Assembly (NCBI GenBank): GCA_008632985.1
Contig: QPGO01000113.1
Coordinates: forward strand, 64,947-128,946
DNA from: Psammoneis japonica
Taxonomy: Eukaryota
DNA length: 64,000 nucleotides
Direction: 5' to 3'
Shown piece by piece: positions 35,838 to 48,399 of this stretch. Numbering within the stretch: the first letter of the stretch is position 1; every line of letters starts with the position of its first letter. Under the pieces are notes generated by a model, which was not told the DNA's origin, did no database searches, and was given only the letters and a program-made list of their open reading frames with translations. The translations under genes were made by a program, and so were the position numbers.

Positions 35838-38231
35838 CTAGAAGCATCGGGTGCAGCATGTGCAAGCTACCTCATTGCAATCCGCCGTGAGCTCTAAGAA
35901 GTTAACCATACACGTTCCAGGAGAAACAGATCCTGTTAACTGGTTCCCGTGTAGATTGAGCGTTTCTGTAGGACAGGAAAAGTAGGACAAATGCGTTAGA
36001 GATGGGAATATGAAAGAGACGCACTTCACCACCTGATTCGACAAGATGCATCGCACTGCCTTATCTTACCTAACGCGGTTAGCGACTGAAAAGCGGACGG
36101 TACGGCGCCCGTAAATTGATTGTGTTGTAGCTGGAGGTTTGTCAGCGCCGTAAGCTCACCGAAACGATCAGATAGAGTCCCGGTCATTGAATTTTGCGTC
36201 AACCGTAGATCCTGAAGATTCTTCAAACTGAACAGCTCGTTTGGGATTTTGTCTTTAATGTCGTTTCCTTCAAGACGAAGCTGTGTTAAAGGAAGTTGAG
36301 TCAACGATAGGGGTATTGAACCTTCAAACAAGTTGCCACCGAGCAAAACCTTGGCCAGTTTCGTCGCCTTCTGGAAAAATGCATCAGGTAACCCCCCAGA
36401 AATCTTGTTTCCCGAAAGGTTCAGTTGTACCAGACTGGAAAGCTTGCCCCATGACTCCGACATAGTACCTAGAAGATGGTTGTTATGGAACTGAACTACA
36501 CGGAGATTCGTCATCAGGAAAAGCTCCTCTGGTAGCTCGCCCACCAAATTGTTTCCTTGTGCTCTCACTGCGTGTTGTTTGATTAAATTTTCAAGCAAAG
36601 AGGCAGTGAGTGCAACGCGAACGAGTACAATGAAAAATAAGAGCTCGCAAAAACGTACAAAATGCGATCCCATTGACAACATCAGAATTGTCGCAGAGTA
36701 CGGCGAGCCATTTGCATTCGTGGTCACCTGTCAGCCATGAGGATCCCGACGTGGCACAACCTGCGCTCCCTCTGCTGCATTCGACCCAATCGTCGCCGCC
36801 TGTTGCAAAATAGAGTACACTTAATAAGTATCGTTGTACCCACTGGTCTCTTTGTTGAGGATTATTGATATCCAAATCGAGGGGATCAATGTCCGTGACC
36901 CATTCCATTGCAAGGTACTGCGGTGAGGTTCTGTCCTCAAAAGCATCCAACTCAGAGATGGAGTTGGAAGAGAGGAATTCAATGGACTCTCTGATCCCTG
37001 ACGAGGTAGGCGCCAACGTTGGACTTGCTGTAGGCGCAAGAGTGACATTTTCAGTGGGCACCTCAGAGTCATCCGAGTTTGATCCCCCCAAAACAAGCAC
37101 AAGAGGTACCGTGATCGCAATAGTAATAACAATGAAGAGGAGGCAACCGCACAAAAGGTAGCGCCGGCTGAGTTTCTTGACGAGCTTAGTCCGGTCTTCT
37201 TCGCTCATAACAACAGCCACACCAAGTGCATCAACAACCGTCTCGGCAACAAAAGCTTCGAGGGCGTCACTCCCGACGTCGCTACCTGGGGGGTCAACGG
37301 GGGCAACACGTGCAGTATGCGCCTGCTCCATTGCGTTCTCAGAGTAACCTGATTCCATCGACGACATCGACAGAATTCCCGTAGGTGACTCAACATCAGC
37401 TGGAGCTCCACTGTCATCTTGTTCAAGCGGCGGTTCATCATGATACGATTCCTGAGATTCCACGTCAAGTTCACGCTCTGAAGCCTGGTTTTCGTCACCT
37501 TCTTCTGACACGGCGTCCAGGGTTCCTAGCCGACCTCCAGATCGTTGAGCGGATCTGGACTTGGCGAGCACATCGCGCTCGAGAGCCCTCATGGACGAAA
37601 ATGCAGTAGAGGCCCCACTTCCACTGCCACTGTTTGCAGCAAGCTTTCTGGCCACTGCACTCGACCCCCCTCGACGTGCTCGACTCTTTGCTAACGCGTC
37701 ACTCTCCAAATCGCGAAGCTTGGCTCTTGACTCAGCGCTTCTGGACTCAATCTTCGAGTCGGACGAAGCTTTCGCGACCCTCGAACCAGATGTTGTTGCC
37801 ACCGCACCGGGTTCCGTAGCGCCAGTATTCCCTGCCATTGATTTGGCCATAACGTCGCTTTCAAGCTGGTTCAGAGCTCCAGCGGCCGCTTTCGAGGGAT
37901 TAGGGTGAGACCGCCCGCGACGTAGTCGACTCTTGGTTCTTGCATCTTCCTCTACCTGATTTGACGATGAAGATTTGACACCTTTGTCGTTTCTCCTTCC
38001 GCCCACTTCGGAAAATGCGCCTGGTACTGTCGCCCTTTCAGAATCTGGACGAGACTTTGACACTACACTGTCTTCTAGTTCGTGTAAACGCCTTCGTGCG
38101 TCTGCTCTGCGCTGGTGACCACTTCCTGAAGAGGAGGAGTCCATATTGTCCCCCTCTGAATCTCCGGAGTGGTCATCCTTATCCACCTCCTTCTTCTTCG
38201 CTTCGTTGTTGCCGGCCTCCTTGTTGTCCAT
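35838..38231 (-). CDS. Type II membrane LRR protein, diatom-expanded family (exons 38231-36659, 36567-36070, 35965-35838)
   Basis: Disordered N-terminus with PGA motifs, one TM, SPQYLAMEW / QRYLL..LYFATGG..W / WL....EC.W cap, plant-type LxxLxLxxNxLxGxIP repeats, C-terminal ADC..V.C.CC..CF; two GT-AG introns in frame. Confidence 0.9.
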
Positions 38232-39007
38232 CTTGAATCTCTGGAGCAGATCTTTCGCTTCTCTGTTCTACGCTGCAGCTTTATTGACTTCAAGTTTTCC
38301 TTCTCTCTCTCTTTCTCTAGCTCCTGAAACTGGCAAAGAGAAGCTGGAAGAGCGGAGAATATTATGATCCTTTGCACAAAGTACTAGGCCTACAACCGCA
38401 ACAAGTCGTCGGTTGCAAGAAGTGTGTTGTTTGTGTTGGGATTGTGGACCCGGGGTGCACGGCGCATCCAAGGTGCACCTCGAAAGTACCCGCCAATTTG
38501 GAAGTGTCGTTTCTACGATCGGTGTGAGTAAGTTTCCACGAATAATGCCGTACACGTGATAACGCATAGTCGAGCCGTTGGATCTTTAAATTTCATACGT
38601 ACATGATATTTCTGAAATAAAACAGACAATTCCAAACAATGACTTCCGGTCACGAACAAGTCACGAGTCATCGTACGAGAATGACCGAGCGAGTCAGACG
38701 GACCGACGAAAAACAAATTCCAGCTTCGAGGTGTTGTGTGTTGTGTCGAGTCTACTCTCTCTCCAGTAGCTACGCAGTACTCTAAGTTGGCTACTCTCTC
38801 TACAATAGCTTGAGGTGGTGTTTCCATCAAGCAGAGTCAGCATCCGATTCACCCTTTCCCACTGCAGAGAGTAGTCGGCGATGACGGTACCTACCCCTTT
38901 GGAGAAATGCGACTAGCTAGAGAGCTGTCTCGAGACATTGGAATGACGCAATTAAACTCAATACTAAACGTGCACTTTAACATTAATATAATCGCCCTTC
39001 TCCATGA

Positions 39008-41077
39008 CTAGAAGCATTCACAGCAGTCTTTGGGGCAGTCGACTTCTTCACAATCCACAGAAGGTGTCAAACCTGGAAGGGCACAAACTGCAAATGTAAT
39101 GGATCCCGTAAATTCGTTCTTTTCGAGGTTAAGAAACTCTGTCGTTATAAAAGAGGTAAACTTGAGATGCATTTGCACTGAAACAGCAAAACCCTAGCAC
39201 ACTGATCTCAAACTCACTCAAATTTTTCAAGGTACTTAAAGCAGTCGGGAGCGGACCATCAAACATATTATCTTGAAGCTGTAAGTCTGTCAGAGCCGCT
39301 AAGCTACCAACGCGTTCTGACAAAGGCCCAGTGAAGTTATTCTGAGCGAACCGCAAATCCACGAGTGATGTGGTATCAAACAGTTCATCAGGGATGGGCC
39401 CACTCATTCTGTTGTTGTCGAATCGCAAGATCTGCAATGACGGCAACCCCGAAATAAACCTGGAGATCGGGCCTTCAAGGTTGTTGTTGGAGAAGACTAC
39501 CCGCGTAAGAGTCGGAATGTTTTGCCAAAACACCTCGGGAACAACGCCAGAGAATTTGTTTCCGTTTAGAAAGACCTGTTGAAGACTTGTCAAGCGTCCC
39601 CATGATTCGGACATGGTTCCAGCGAGCTCGTTGTTCTGAATCAAGATTCCCTCAAGCCCTGTCAAACCAAAAAGCTCTTCAGGCAATTCACCAACCAAGA
39701 AATTTCCAAAGGGGTTGTCTAGAACGGATAAAAAATTGGGACGGTGTTAGGACCACGACCGCACAAACTATCGAAAAACAATCACATTCTCAATGCAACT
39801 TTCAACTTACTGAAGTTGATCACGTGTACCACGCCGTTTCGGCAAAGAAGCGAAAACCATTCGCACTCGTCCTCGGTTTCGAGCCAAATTTTCGACTCCC
39901 CTCCACTGCAGCGCTCGGCATCCCTACCACATTCACGCCAGTCGTCGCCACCGGTAGCAAAGTAAAATGTAACAAGCCTGTAGCGCTGCAGCCAACGCGG
40001 TTCTTGGGCTTCATTGTCAAAGTCCAACGCCAATGGATCCTCGTCCGCCATCCACTGCGCAGCTTTAAACTGGGGCGAATCCCTCGTGCTGAATGCTTCC
40101 AAACTCGAAATCGAGTTGGTGATCAGGTAATCAACGGTAGCTCCCAGCGAAACTGTACTTGGCATCATAGAAGGACTGGCGGATGGAACTTCTGTCGGGG
40201 CAGACGAAGGCTCGTTCTGAATCACATCTCCTTTATTGGTTGTTACAATGACTGCAGGTACAACCGCAGCAACCACGATGACAACGAATATGAGGATGCC
40301 ACCGATGATGTATCGCTTCTTTCGCCGCTTCTCGAGCTCTTCCTCTTCCTCTTCGCTCATGAGAACAGCAACCCCCGTTGCCTCCACGACTTCTTCTTCG
40401 GCAACAAAGGCTTGAAGAGCTTCGCCTCCGTCGTCATCTTCGTTCAAGCCTGGGTACGCTTCTTGACCACTTGGGTCACCGAGGGGCGATGCAGCAGCCC
40501 CTGCTCCTGAGGGAGGGCCTCCGACAAGCGGAGCTTCCTCATCCCCATCCTTGTGGCCATTACTTACCCCCTTGAAATCTTCACTTTCCATATCTCGCGC
40601 GGCCGACATTGCCGGAGCACCGTCAGACTTGCGAAGCGACGCATCCCCGTTCGATGAAGTCATGGAAGAGCTTGCGCGCTTCTTTTCCATCATTTCGGCT
40701 TCGACGTGCTGAATAATAGAGCTGTCCGTGGTACTGCCGTTGCCCACGATCTGTTCTCTACTGACACTTGCTCTGCCACGACTCTTGGCCGCAATGTCTT
40801 CTTCAATGCTCTGAATCGCCGCCTGCCTGTCGGAATCCTCTCCTCCTGCAACGGCACCAGGAGTTACGGCTGGGGCGCCAGAACGACCCTTTGAGGCCTT
40901 TGCCATGGCATCCTCTTCCATATGCGCCAACACCCCACTAGCCTCAAGGTCATCCATCATCTCATCCGACGGCTTCTTCTTTTTCTTCTTCTTCTTCTTT
41001 TTCTTGCTAGATTTTGGGCGCTGATCTAGCTCCTCGTCCTCCTCCCGAAACTGCTCTTCTTCATCATCATGATCCAT
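39008..41077 (-). CDS. Type II membrane LRR protein, tandem paralogue (exons 41077-39811, 39718-39218, 39138-39008)
   Basis: Same architecture and intron positions as 35838-38231 (SPQFKAAQW, QRYRL..FYFATGG..W, LRRs, VDCEEVDC...CCECF). Confidence 0.9.
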
Positions 41078-41432
41078 TGTTACACTTCACGAAGCAATAT
41101 GACTTCGAACACAGAGACTCCTCAACAACAACGCTTTTTGTGTTGTCGTGTGAAAGCGGGAGTGGTCTGGTGTCGTGAAATTCTACGTACGTCCTCATAC
41201 TGAATCATGTATGTACAGCCTACAGAAACTGCGGTACAAAAGGGCATATGTTTCTGTCGAACCGGACATTGCGACTTTTTCTGAAATGTTATGACCAAAA
41301 ATAAAATACATCCAGATCTGAATAATATTTTTATTTCGTCGTAGCAACAATTATTGTTTGCGCAGCTTCCGCGCACCTCTGTTTTCCCGCGCAAAATTTT
41401 CCCACGCGATGCGCCGATCATCGATTGCAGAC

Positions 41433-42117
41433 TTTCATTGACCACTCAGCAGTGTTGGTGGCTGCAGACTTTCATTGACCACTCAGTGGTTGGTGCTTGA
41501 AGACTTTTTTGTGGCAGTCCGTCGGGGAGTCCCTCACGCAGTTAGGGAATCCGCCACAATTTGAAGGTGTGTCTCCCGTGTGCATTTTTGAATGGCACAT
41601 GGGCTGCTCAGTGCAAATGAGCTGCTCAAATTCACGGAATGATCATTGAGGACATTAGAGTTTGTGGGGACTTCCTAAAAAATTGACAAATTCCCTGCAA
41701 TGGGTGCATGGAACTGTTTTTCAGAAGAGCTTGAAACTGCTGCAAAATTGGGGTTGCCGGCACAGCATGTTGAAAAATGCGCTCAGCTTTGTGTGAAGAA
41801 AATTTGCAACGAGTTGCACATGAATTGGTCAGATTGAAAAAAAAACATGTCAAACAACAAAAGTGAGTTTCTGCAATGTGCTGTTTTGGCAGCAAATTGG
41901 ACAAAAAAGAGTGTCCGTGCACTCTTGCCACAACCCCAAAAATGGCATGAGCCATCAAACACAATGGCCGTCTGTGTTGCTGGCGGCCCTGCCACCCTGC
42001 CGCTGCACAGGCACTGTGCAACAGCAACAAACAATGCAGGCACTGCATGACAGCACACACCCACACCCACAAAGAGAAAGACAAATGGTCAATGCTCCCC
42101 ACAGGTGCCTGGTTTTT
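41433..42117 (+). mobile_element. HINE/DINE-1-like element, copy 3 (diverged, TpA-depleted, duplicated 5' end)
   Basis: CATTGACCACTCAG at 41436 and 41473; TGGTCAATGCTCCCC...CCTGGTTTTT end; colinear with copies 1 and 2. Confidence 0.68.
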
Positions 42118-43461
42118 GCTGAGTGCCCACACCGCCAACCAATGTCAGAGTGCTGCATGATTGCCAGTGTTGAGTGTGAAGTTTTGTGGGACAAGATTTG
42201 GGGTTAAGAGCAGAGGCTCAAATTGCAAGCCAATGACACACAAGCCAAAAGTTGTTTTTCTTTGTTGTGCCTCCTCCTTTCCAAAAGGAAATGGCGCTCA
42301 TTCTCAAGCTCTTGGGGAAGAGCCAGTGCTCCAGCCAAAGGAAATTTCTTGGGTGTGCTGTGAACAACAAAATGTGCCTGCTGCACATGCTCACAAGACA
42401 TTGGCAAAAATGGCAGGTGGCCAACCACCCTTGTCATCTCCCCTCCCCTTGCTCCCTCTGAATGCGCGCTTCTCTCTTGTCTCTCTTGCTGCTGCACACA
42501 CCACTTTCTCTGGTTTCTGCCAGCAGAGGCATGTGTCGCAACACAGCCCACCTGGGTGTCCACAAACTCTTTTCCACAAGAAAAAGTTTCAAAGTTGACC
42601 AGGCCTGCCCATTTTCTCCAGAGCCCTGCTGGGGAGGGGGTGTGCTGGAGTGCTGCTGCTCTCCACACATGCCGTTGTTTTTGGCAGCTTTCAACACCCA
42701 CACTTTTCTGTCACAGAGACCTGCCACAATTCAAATGTTGGCCAGTTGATTGAGCATGGTTTGTGGCTGTCAATTGTGGATGCTTTTCTCATTTTCTTCA
42801 CTGTGTGACACACTCTCTCTCTCACTCTGTTGTGCTGTTGTTCATGGTGGTGCAGTGCTGCCTTTCCCACACTGGGCATGGTGTGCCTGGCTTGCCTTTT
42901 GCCATCTTTGCTGCTCTGAATGACAAAGCAATCCATTTGACTTTCCAACCTCAATCAATGAGCACCAAGATTTTTCTGGCCTTGTTTTGGAGCTTTTCAA
43001 GATGGTGACAACTCCTGCCTGGAATTCTCCATCTGATGACATGGTCAAACAATGGCAAGCAGAAAAAGCACATGCCAGAGCAGGTGGGTTCTTGTGGTGT
43101 GAGATGTGCTGGCTTGAGTTGGAAACAAATTTAGGGGGTTCTCAAATTGCAGAATTTGCTCTCACTGCTGGCTTGTAAAAAAATGTTGCACTGCAAAGAA
43201 AGTGCAACTGTGTTGTTGTTAAAAGAAGTGGTTGCACTCATTCTGCATTCACACTGTGATCACATTGCAACAGACCCTCTCTCTGGCAGGGGCACCCCCT
43301 GCACAGGGGCACTCTCCATGCAGAAGCACCCTCCTCACAGGATGAGAGCCTGCAGTGCATGCCAGAGACAAATTTCCAGCATCAATTTGGACTTTGATGG
43401 TGACCTTAAAGACAGTGTCCAAGATGACAACTGGAGACAAATGCCCACACAGAAAACCAGC

Positions 43462-46400
43462 TGCAGCACGCGACTGTCATGTGCATGTTTGTGATTGTGT
43501 GTCATTTGTGTGTCAATCGCACCACAGTCGTGGATGCGTGCAAAGGACAGAACGATCACACAGAGTTGATCGGATGTCGAGAATTGCAAATGCGATCGAT
43601 TGACGCGCACCCGGACAATCTGTTGTCACGAATGTGTTCTCCGAAAGGCCTTTTGTCTGTAGAAGCAGTGCAGAAGCTTTGGGCCATTGAGAACTCGTTC
43701 GGAGAAACCAAAAATCACAGAGCAAAATTCAATCTTATAATTTCCACTTTTCGCACACTGTTCTACTTTCGTTTGCACTCGTTCTTTGAGCACAGTGCAT
43801 TGTGCACACACACCACAGAAGGTAAAAAGCACGGAAAATGAAAATTTTAACTAGTGTGCCTTTGCAAATTCTTCTACAAACAGGAACGAATCGCATCAGT
43901 TCTGCTGGAATCGATTTCCGAGCGGAAGAAGCTCAAGCCGAGCAGTGCCTCAAGATGGAACGCTGTTTTTCGTCTGCCAGACAAGAGGATTCGCTCCAAT
44001 GCGGTCCATTCCAAGCACCCAAGGATCAAGGGCTCTCAAGTGCACCGCATTGTCAAAAAATCTACACCAAGTCATGGTTGCAGAGAATGCAAGTTCCGAG
44101 TCGATCAGGTCCGAGAAATGCATCTGGCATGCAAGGAGAGACTGTTGGAGAGTTTTTGGAGACCGAATCAACGAGCCTCGAGTCCAAGAGCAAGATGGAA
44201 CCGTTGGAAAGTGCCTCAAGAGTCTCACATCTCATGTCTTTCCAAGAATTGCACTTCAGAATCAGAGTTGTTATTTTCAAGACGATCTGAAGAAACCAGA
44301 GCTGCTTGACAGCAAGAAAGCCTCTGTTAGACCCAAGAGGTCAATGATGAGAGTCTGTGCGACCCTCAGATGGATTCTAAGTCGAATCTAGTGGGAAACC
44401 GAGCGCTGATTTATCAGCTGTCACTCGCACCGCAAGGATGGCAGCATCAGTCTACTGTCCAAAACAATCAACTGTTGCAACTCATCCTTGATGAGCTGAT
44501 TAAGTTTTGAGTCATCTAAAGGTCGTTCATGACGTCCGTGACGAAAAAACATGTCAACTCAGGCTCTGACAGCGCAGTTGGTTCCAAAATAAAAAAGGTT
44601 CCAAATTTGGTTCCAAAAATGGTCTCCCACATGGTGCCAGAACAATCCAAAGTGAACGCAAGGTCTCATCTTTGAAAAAAGAATGCCTGCGTCACGGATT
44701 GAAGCCATTCTAAAAATGAACTAGCAAAAGAGTGCAAGGGTGACTCTGAAAGAGACCCAAAAATGCGCCGTTCAAATGGCAATCGCACGTGGTCGCGTCG
44801 CGACAACGAAAATGCTGCTCGCAAAAAAAGAGATGAATGTCATGATTGATCAGGCGGTTCAAAAAACACTCAAAGCGAGTTCCTTGAACAAAGAAAAAGA
44901 GCACAAGGGCAAAGAATCAGATTCTGGTGCCCTCAGTGAAGAAAAGTGCCAATTTGATCGGATGATCCAGACTGAATCCGAAGAATGATTTTGGTCTGTT
45001 CACGAATCACATGCTTTGCTGGATGTCAGGAAGCCCAGAAAAAAGGCAGAAATAATTCACACCAGTCCAGGAGTCATCATTTGCATGAACACTTCCTTGG
45101 GAAAGGAGAGAAAGAAAAAAAGCATCTGCGTGTTCCTGTCGACAACGGAACATCGTCAACCACAATTTTGCGCAAATTCGTGCGAAAGTTGAGAACACAA
45201 GAATCCGCCACCAAAAACTTGGGAAACCAAGGGTGAGCTCTTTACGACTGACAGCAAACACCGAATTCAGTTCTCACTGTGCGAAATTTAAGGCATGCCG
45301 ACATGCAAACAGCATGTGTTGAAAACACCAAATTTTCTTCAGGTTCAAATGATGTGATCATGGGACGCGACTTAATGTCCAGTCCTGCAAGTCACATTGG
45401 ACTGCGCAAATGAAGAAATCCAATGGGAAGAAGCAATCACCTTATGAAGAATGTTCACACACTCTTCGATGCCGATGTTTTCAAGCTGAAAACCGATCAC
45501 ATTGAAAAACATGACGCCGTGAATGGAGTCAATGACGGAACCAATGGTCCTCGACTCACATTGTCACGCCATCGATCTTAATCAAGTGACAACTGCGGCG
45601 ATGCATCTAACCCAAATGAACACAACCAACTCAATCTTCTTCTTAAGAGGTTGAAATCGTTTTGAAAAGTTCCTCAGACGAATGCATGGGAAGCACCAGT
45701 GGATCTCATCGTGGAAAATCTGACGCGATTCCACGACGCGTGAGAACCTTCTCCTGTCACAGTCTTTGGAGGCGTCCAATCAAAAGGAGTTTGACCTGTT
45801 GTGAAAGATTGAAGTCTTGAGAATGAAATTGCTCTGAACAAGTCGCTCTGAGACTCATTGTCTAAAGAAAACAGGTCGAGTTCGACCGCACCCGACACTC
45901 AGAAGCTCAGCACAAGGTTCGTGCAGGTGGTGCATCCTTTGCCCAACATTCAGGAAATGCTGTTGAAGCAAGAACGTTTCATGTGTGTAATCCATTTGAT
46001 TCAAACATGGAATGCCACCATGTCAAATAAAAAAAGCACACGTCGTGCTCACACGAAAATCATGCCGTGGGGAGAAAATGAGCACTGTGGACTTCCAATG
46101 AGAATCCACAGAGCCCCAGACATTTTTGTGCAACACTTGAGTGAACTCATGACAGGTTTGAAGTTGTCAGAACGACTGTGTGTGATCGTTTGTGCCTGAC
46201 AAAAGTAACTTCAAAATGTCACCTGCACAAGCAACAGCTTAATGCGGCATTCAAACGACTGGAACAGTCGCTTAGAAGGTTGACAACAAAAGTCCTTCAC
46301 TGTTTAACTTGAAATAAACTGTCAAGACTTCCATGCGCAACGACATGCAATCGATTGCAAAGAAAATGGAGGCGATTCAAGCAATCGCAACATGAGAAAA

Positions 46401-48164
46401 ACGTAAAGAACACTGCGACATCTCGTTGTCATACGTTGCCATTGTCAAGACATGTAGTCTCAACGATCTCCTGCACAATGCCAGCCAAATTCACCTCAAC
46501 AAAGGTCAAACGGCAAAAGTGCAAGTACGGAACGAAAAGTCTCCGAAAATGTGGAGCGCATCAAATCAAAAACCATGTTGTTGTCATGCACGGATTTCAA
46601 CATCACACGTTACAACGGAAAAAAGAACTTCTGTCCACAGTGAAAACACTCACAAAATTCCGAAACATGCTGTTTGGCCAACAGATTTGTGCATGTGCGG
46701 ATCACAAGACACAATGGACAAAGTCACACGTTGACAACTTCAGTCCCGAATTAGAGTGCAACGAGGGCAAGGCGAACATCGTCGCGACAGACGCGATCAG
46801 CCGACTTGCCACAGAAAATTGAATCCTACGACAATGTCCTGCCGTTAAAACGGGATAAAGACATTCCCTCCAAATTGTCGGGCGCGACATGTCATACGAA
46901 CACTTTTCGTGGAGGCGAGCGAGATCGAAAAATGCTCATGTCACAAGGACAAAATCGCCTTTTTAAAGGACGATTTAGGAAAAAACAGTGACAGATTGGT
47001 GCACATTATACGCACCCACTTCACACTGGCAAAAGACAATCTCACAACACCCGCACGGTTGCATTGTACAATGCACGAGGCAAGACATTAAAATGTGCAT
47101 CATGTCGACACACGAGATGTGCCAAAGATCTAGAAAAAGAAAAGAAAAATGGACATTTGTCCACTTGGTGCACGAAACCAGTGCCTTCGGAATGACAAAA
47201 TGACACCGGTGTGTCAGAAAGAAACGTCCAAATGATGATTAAAATCCAACTGACAGATGGTTGAAGTGCAAAAAAAAAAAAAAATCCATGATGGAATTCA
47301 CAACCATCACAGGATTGATTGTCAAGACGAAATGGTCATGACATCTTTGACCATCGTTTGTTGTCACTTATGAAATGTGGCAGTGCAGCAGAGCAATGTG
47401 GCACACAAAGTGAGCCCGCCAAACTACATGAAATCCACAAGCAAGCAAGTGAACGCCACAATTGAGAGCGCACATTAAGTGCTGGGCACGATGCCATGCA
47501 CAATCGACATCAGGAAAAACACTCACTCCAGGACAATCAGTCCTTGTGTTCACATCAACAAGAACGTCAATGAGAACACTCGACGCAATGCCACATGTGT
47601 GCACATTAAGTGAGAAACAAACAATGTCACTCTCAAAAGACATTCGGAAATTGGAACGGCCCCATGTTGCCCACACAAAACAACAACAGTCATTGCCAAC
47701 GGCACAACACAGTGAAAGTGGAGACATCATTGACACTGTCGATGTCCGTCGAATGATCCACTTACAAATGACTCCAATGTGCAATTAGGGAGGCGAATGC
47801 AGCATGCGACTGTTGCACACATGTTTATGATCATGTGTCATTTGTGTGTCAATCGCACCACAGTCGTGGATGCGTGCAAAGGACAGAACGATCACACAGA
47901 GTTGATCGGATGTCGAGAATTGCAAATACGATCGATTGACGATGTTGACATCTTGCGTGTCAACAGCAATCGTATCCGGACAATCTGTTGTCACGAATGT
48001 GTTCTCCGAAAGGCCTTTTGTCTGTAGAAGCAGTGCAGAAGCTTCAGGCCATTGAGAACTCGTTCGGAGAAACCAAAAATCACAGAGCAAAATTCAATCT
48101 TATAATTTCCACTTTTCGCACACCACTCTACTTTCGTTTGCACTCGTTCTTCGAGCACAGTGCA
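43462..48164 (+). mobile_element. Full-length degenerate Ty3/gypsy element (copy 2): LTRs 43462-43799 and 47798-48164, PPT 47787-47797, TSD CAGC
   Basis: Paired TGCA...TGCA LTRs, AGGGAGGCGAA PPT, 4-bp TSD (43458-43461 / 48165-48168), fragmented gag/pol closely matching copy 1. Confidence 0.92.
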
Positions 48165-48399
48165 CAGCAGTGTCTCTTGCTCATGCTGCAGCTGTTTCTT
48201 CATCTCAAGATGCAGCTGCAGTGACAGGAGGCAAATCAAGGGGCAGCAATTGATTCTTTCTGTCTCTCTTGTTTCTCTTTTCTTGAGAGATGCAGAGTGG
48301 AAACGAGGTGTGATGTGGCATCCAAAAAGAGTGGTGGTGGTGCCTCTGAAAAAAATGATGATGAACAGCATGTGATGCCACAAGGACTCAAGATTCCAC

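Noticed and set aside
39587..40510. 307-aa + strand ORF
   Set aside because: Antisense shadow of the TM-LRR gene with no recognisable motif.
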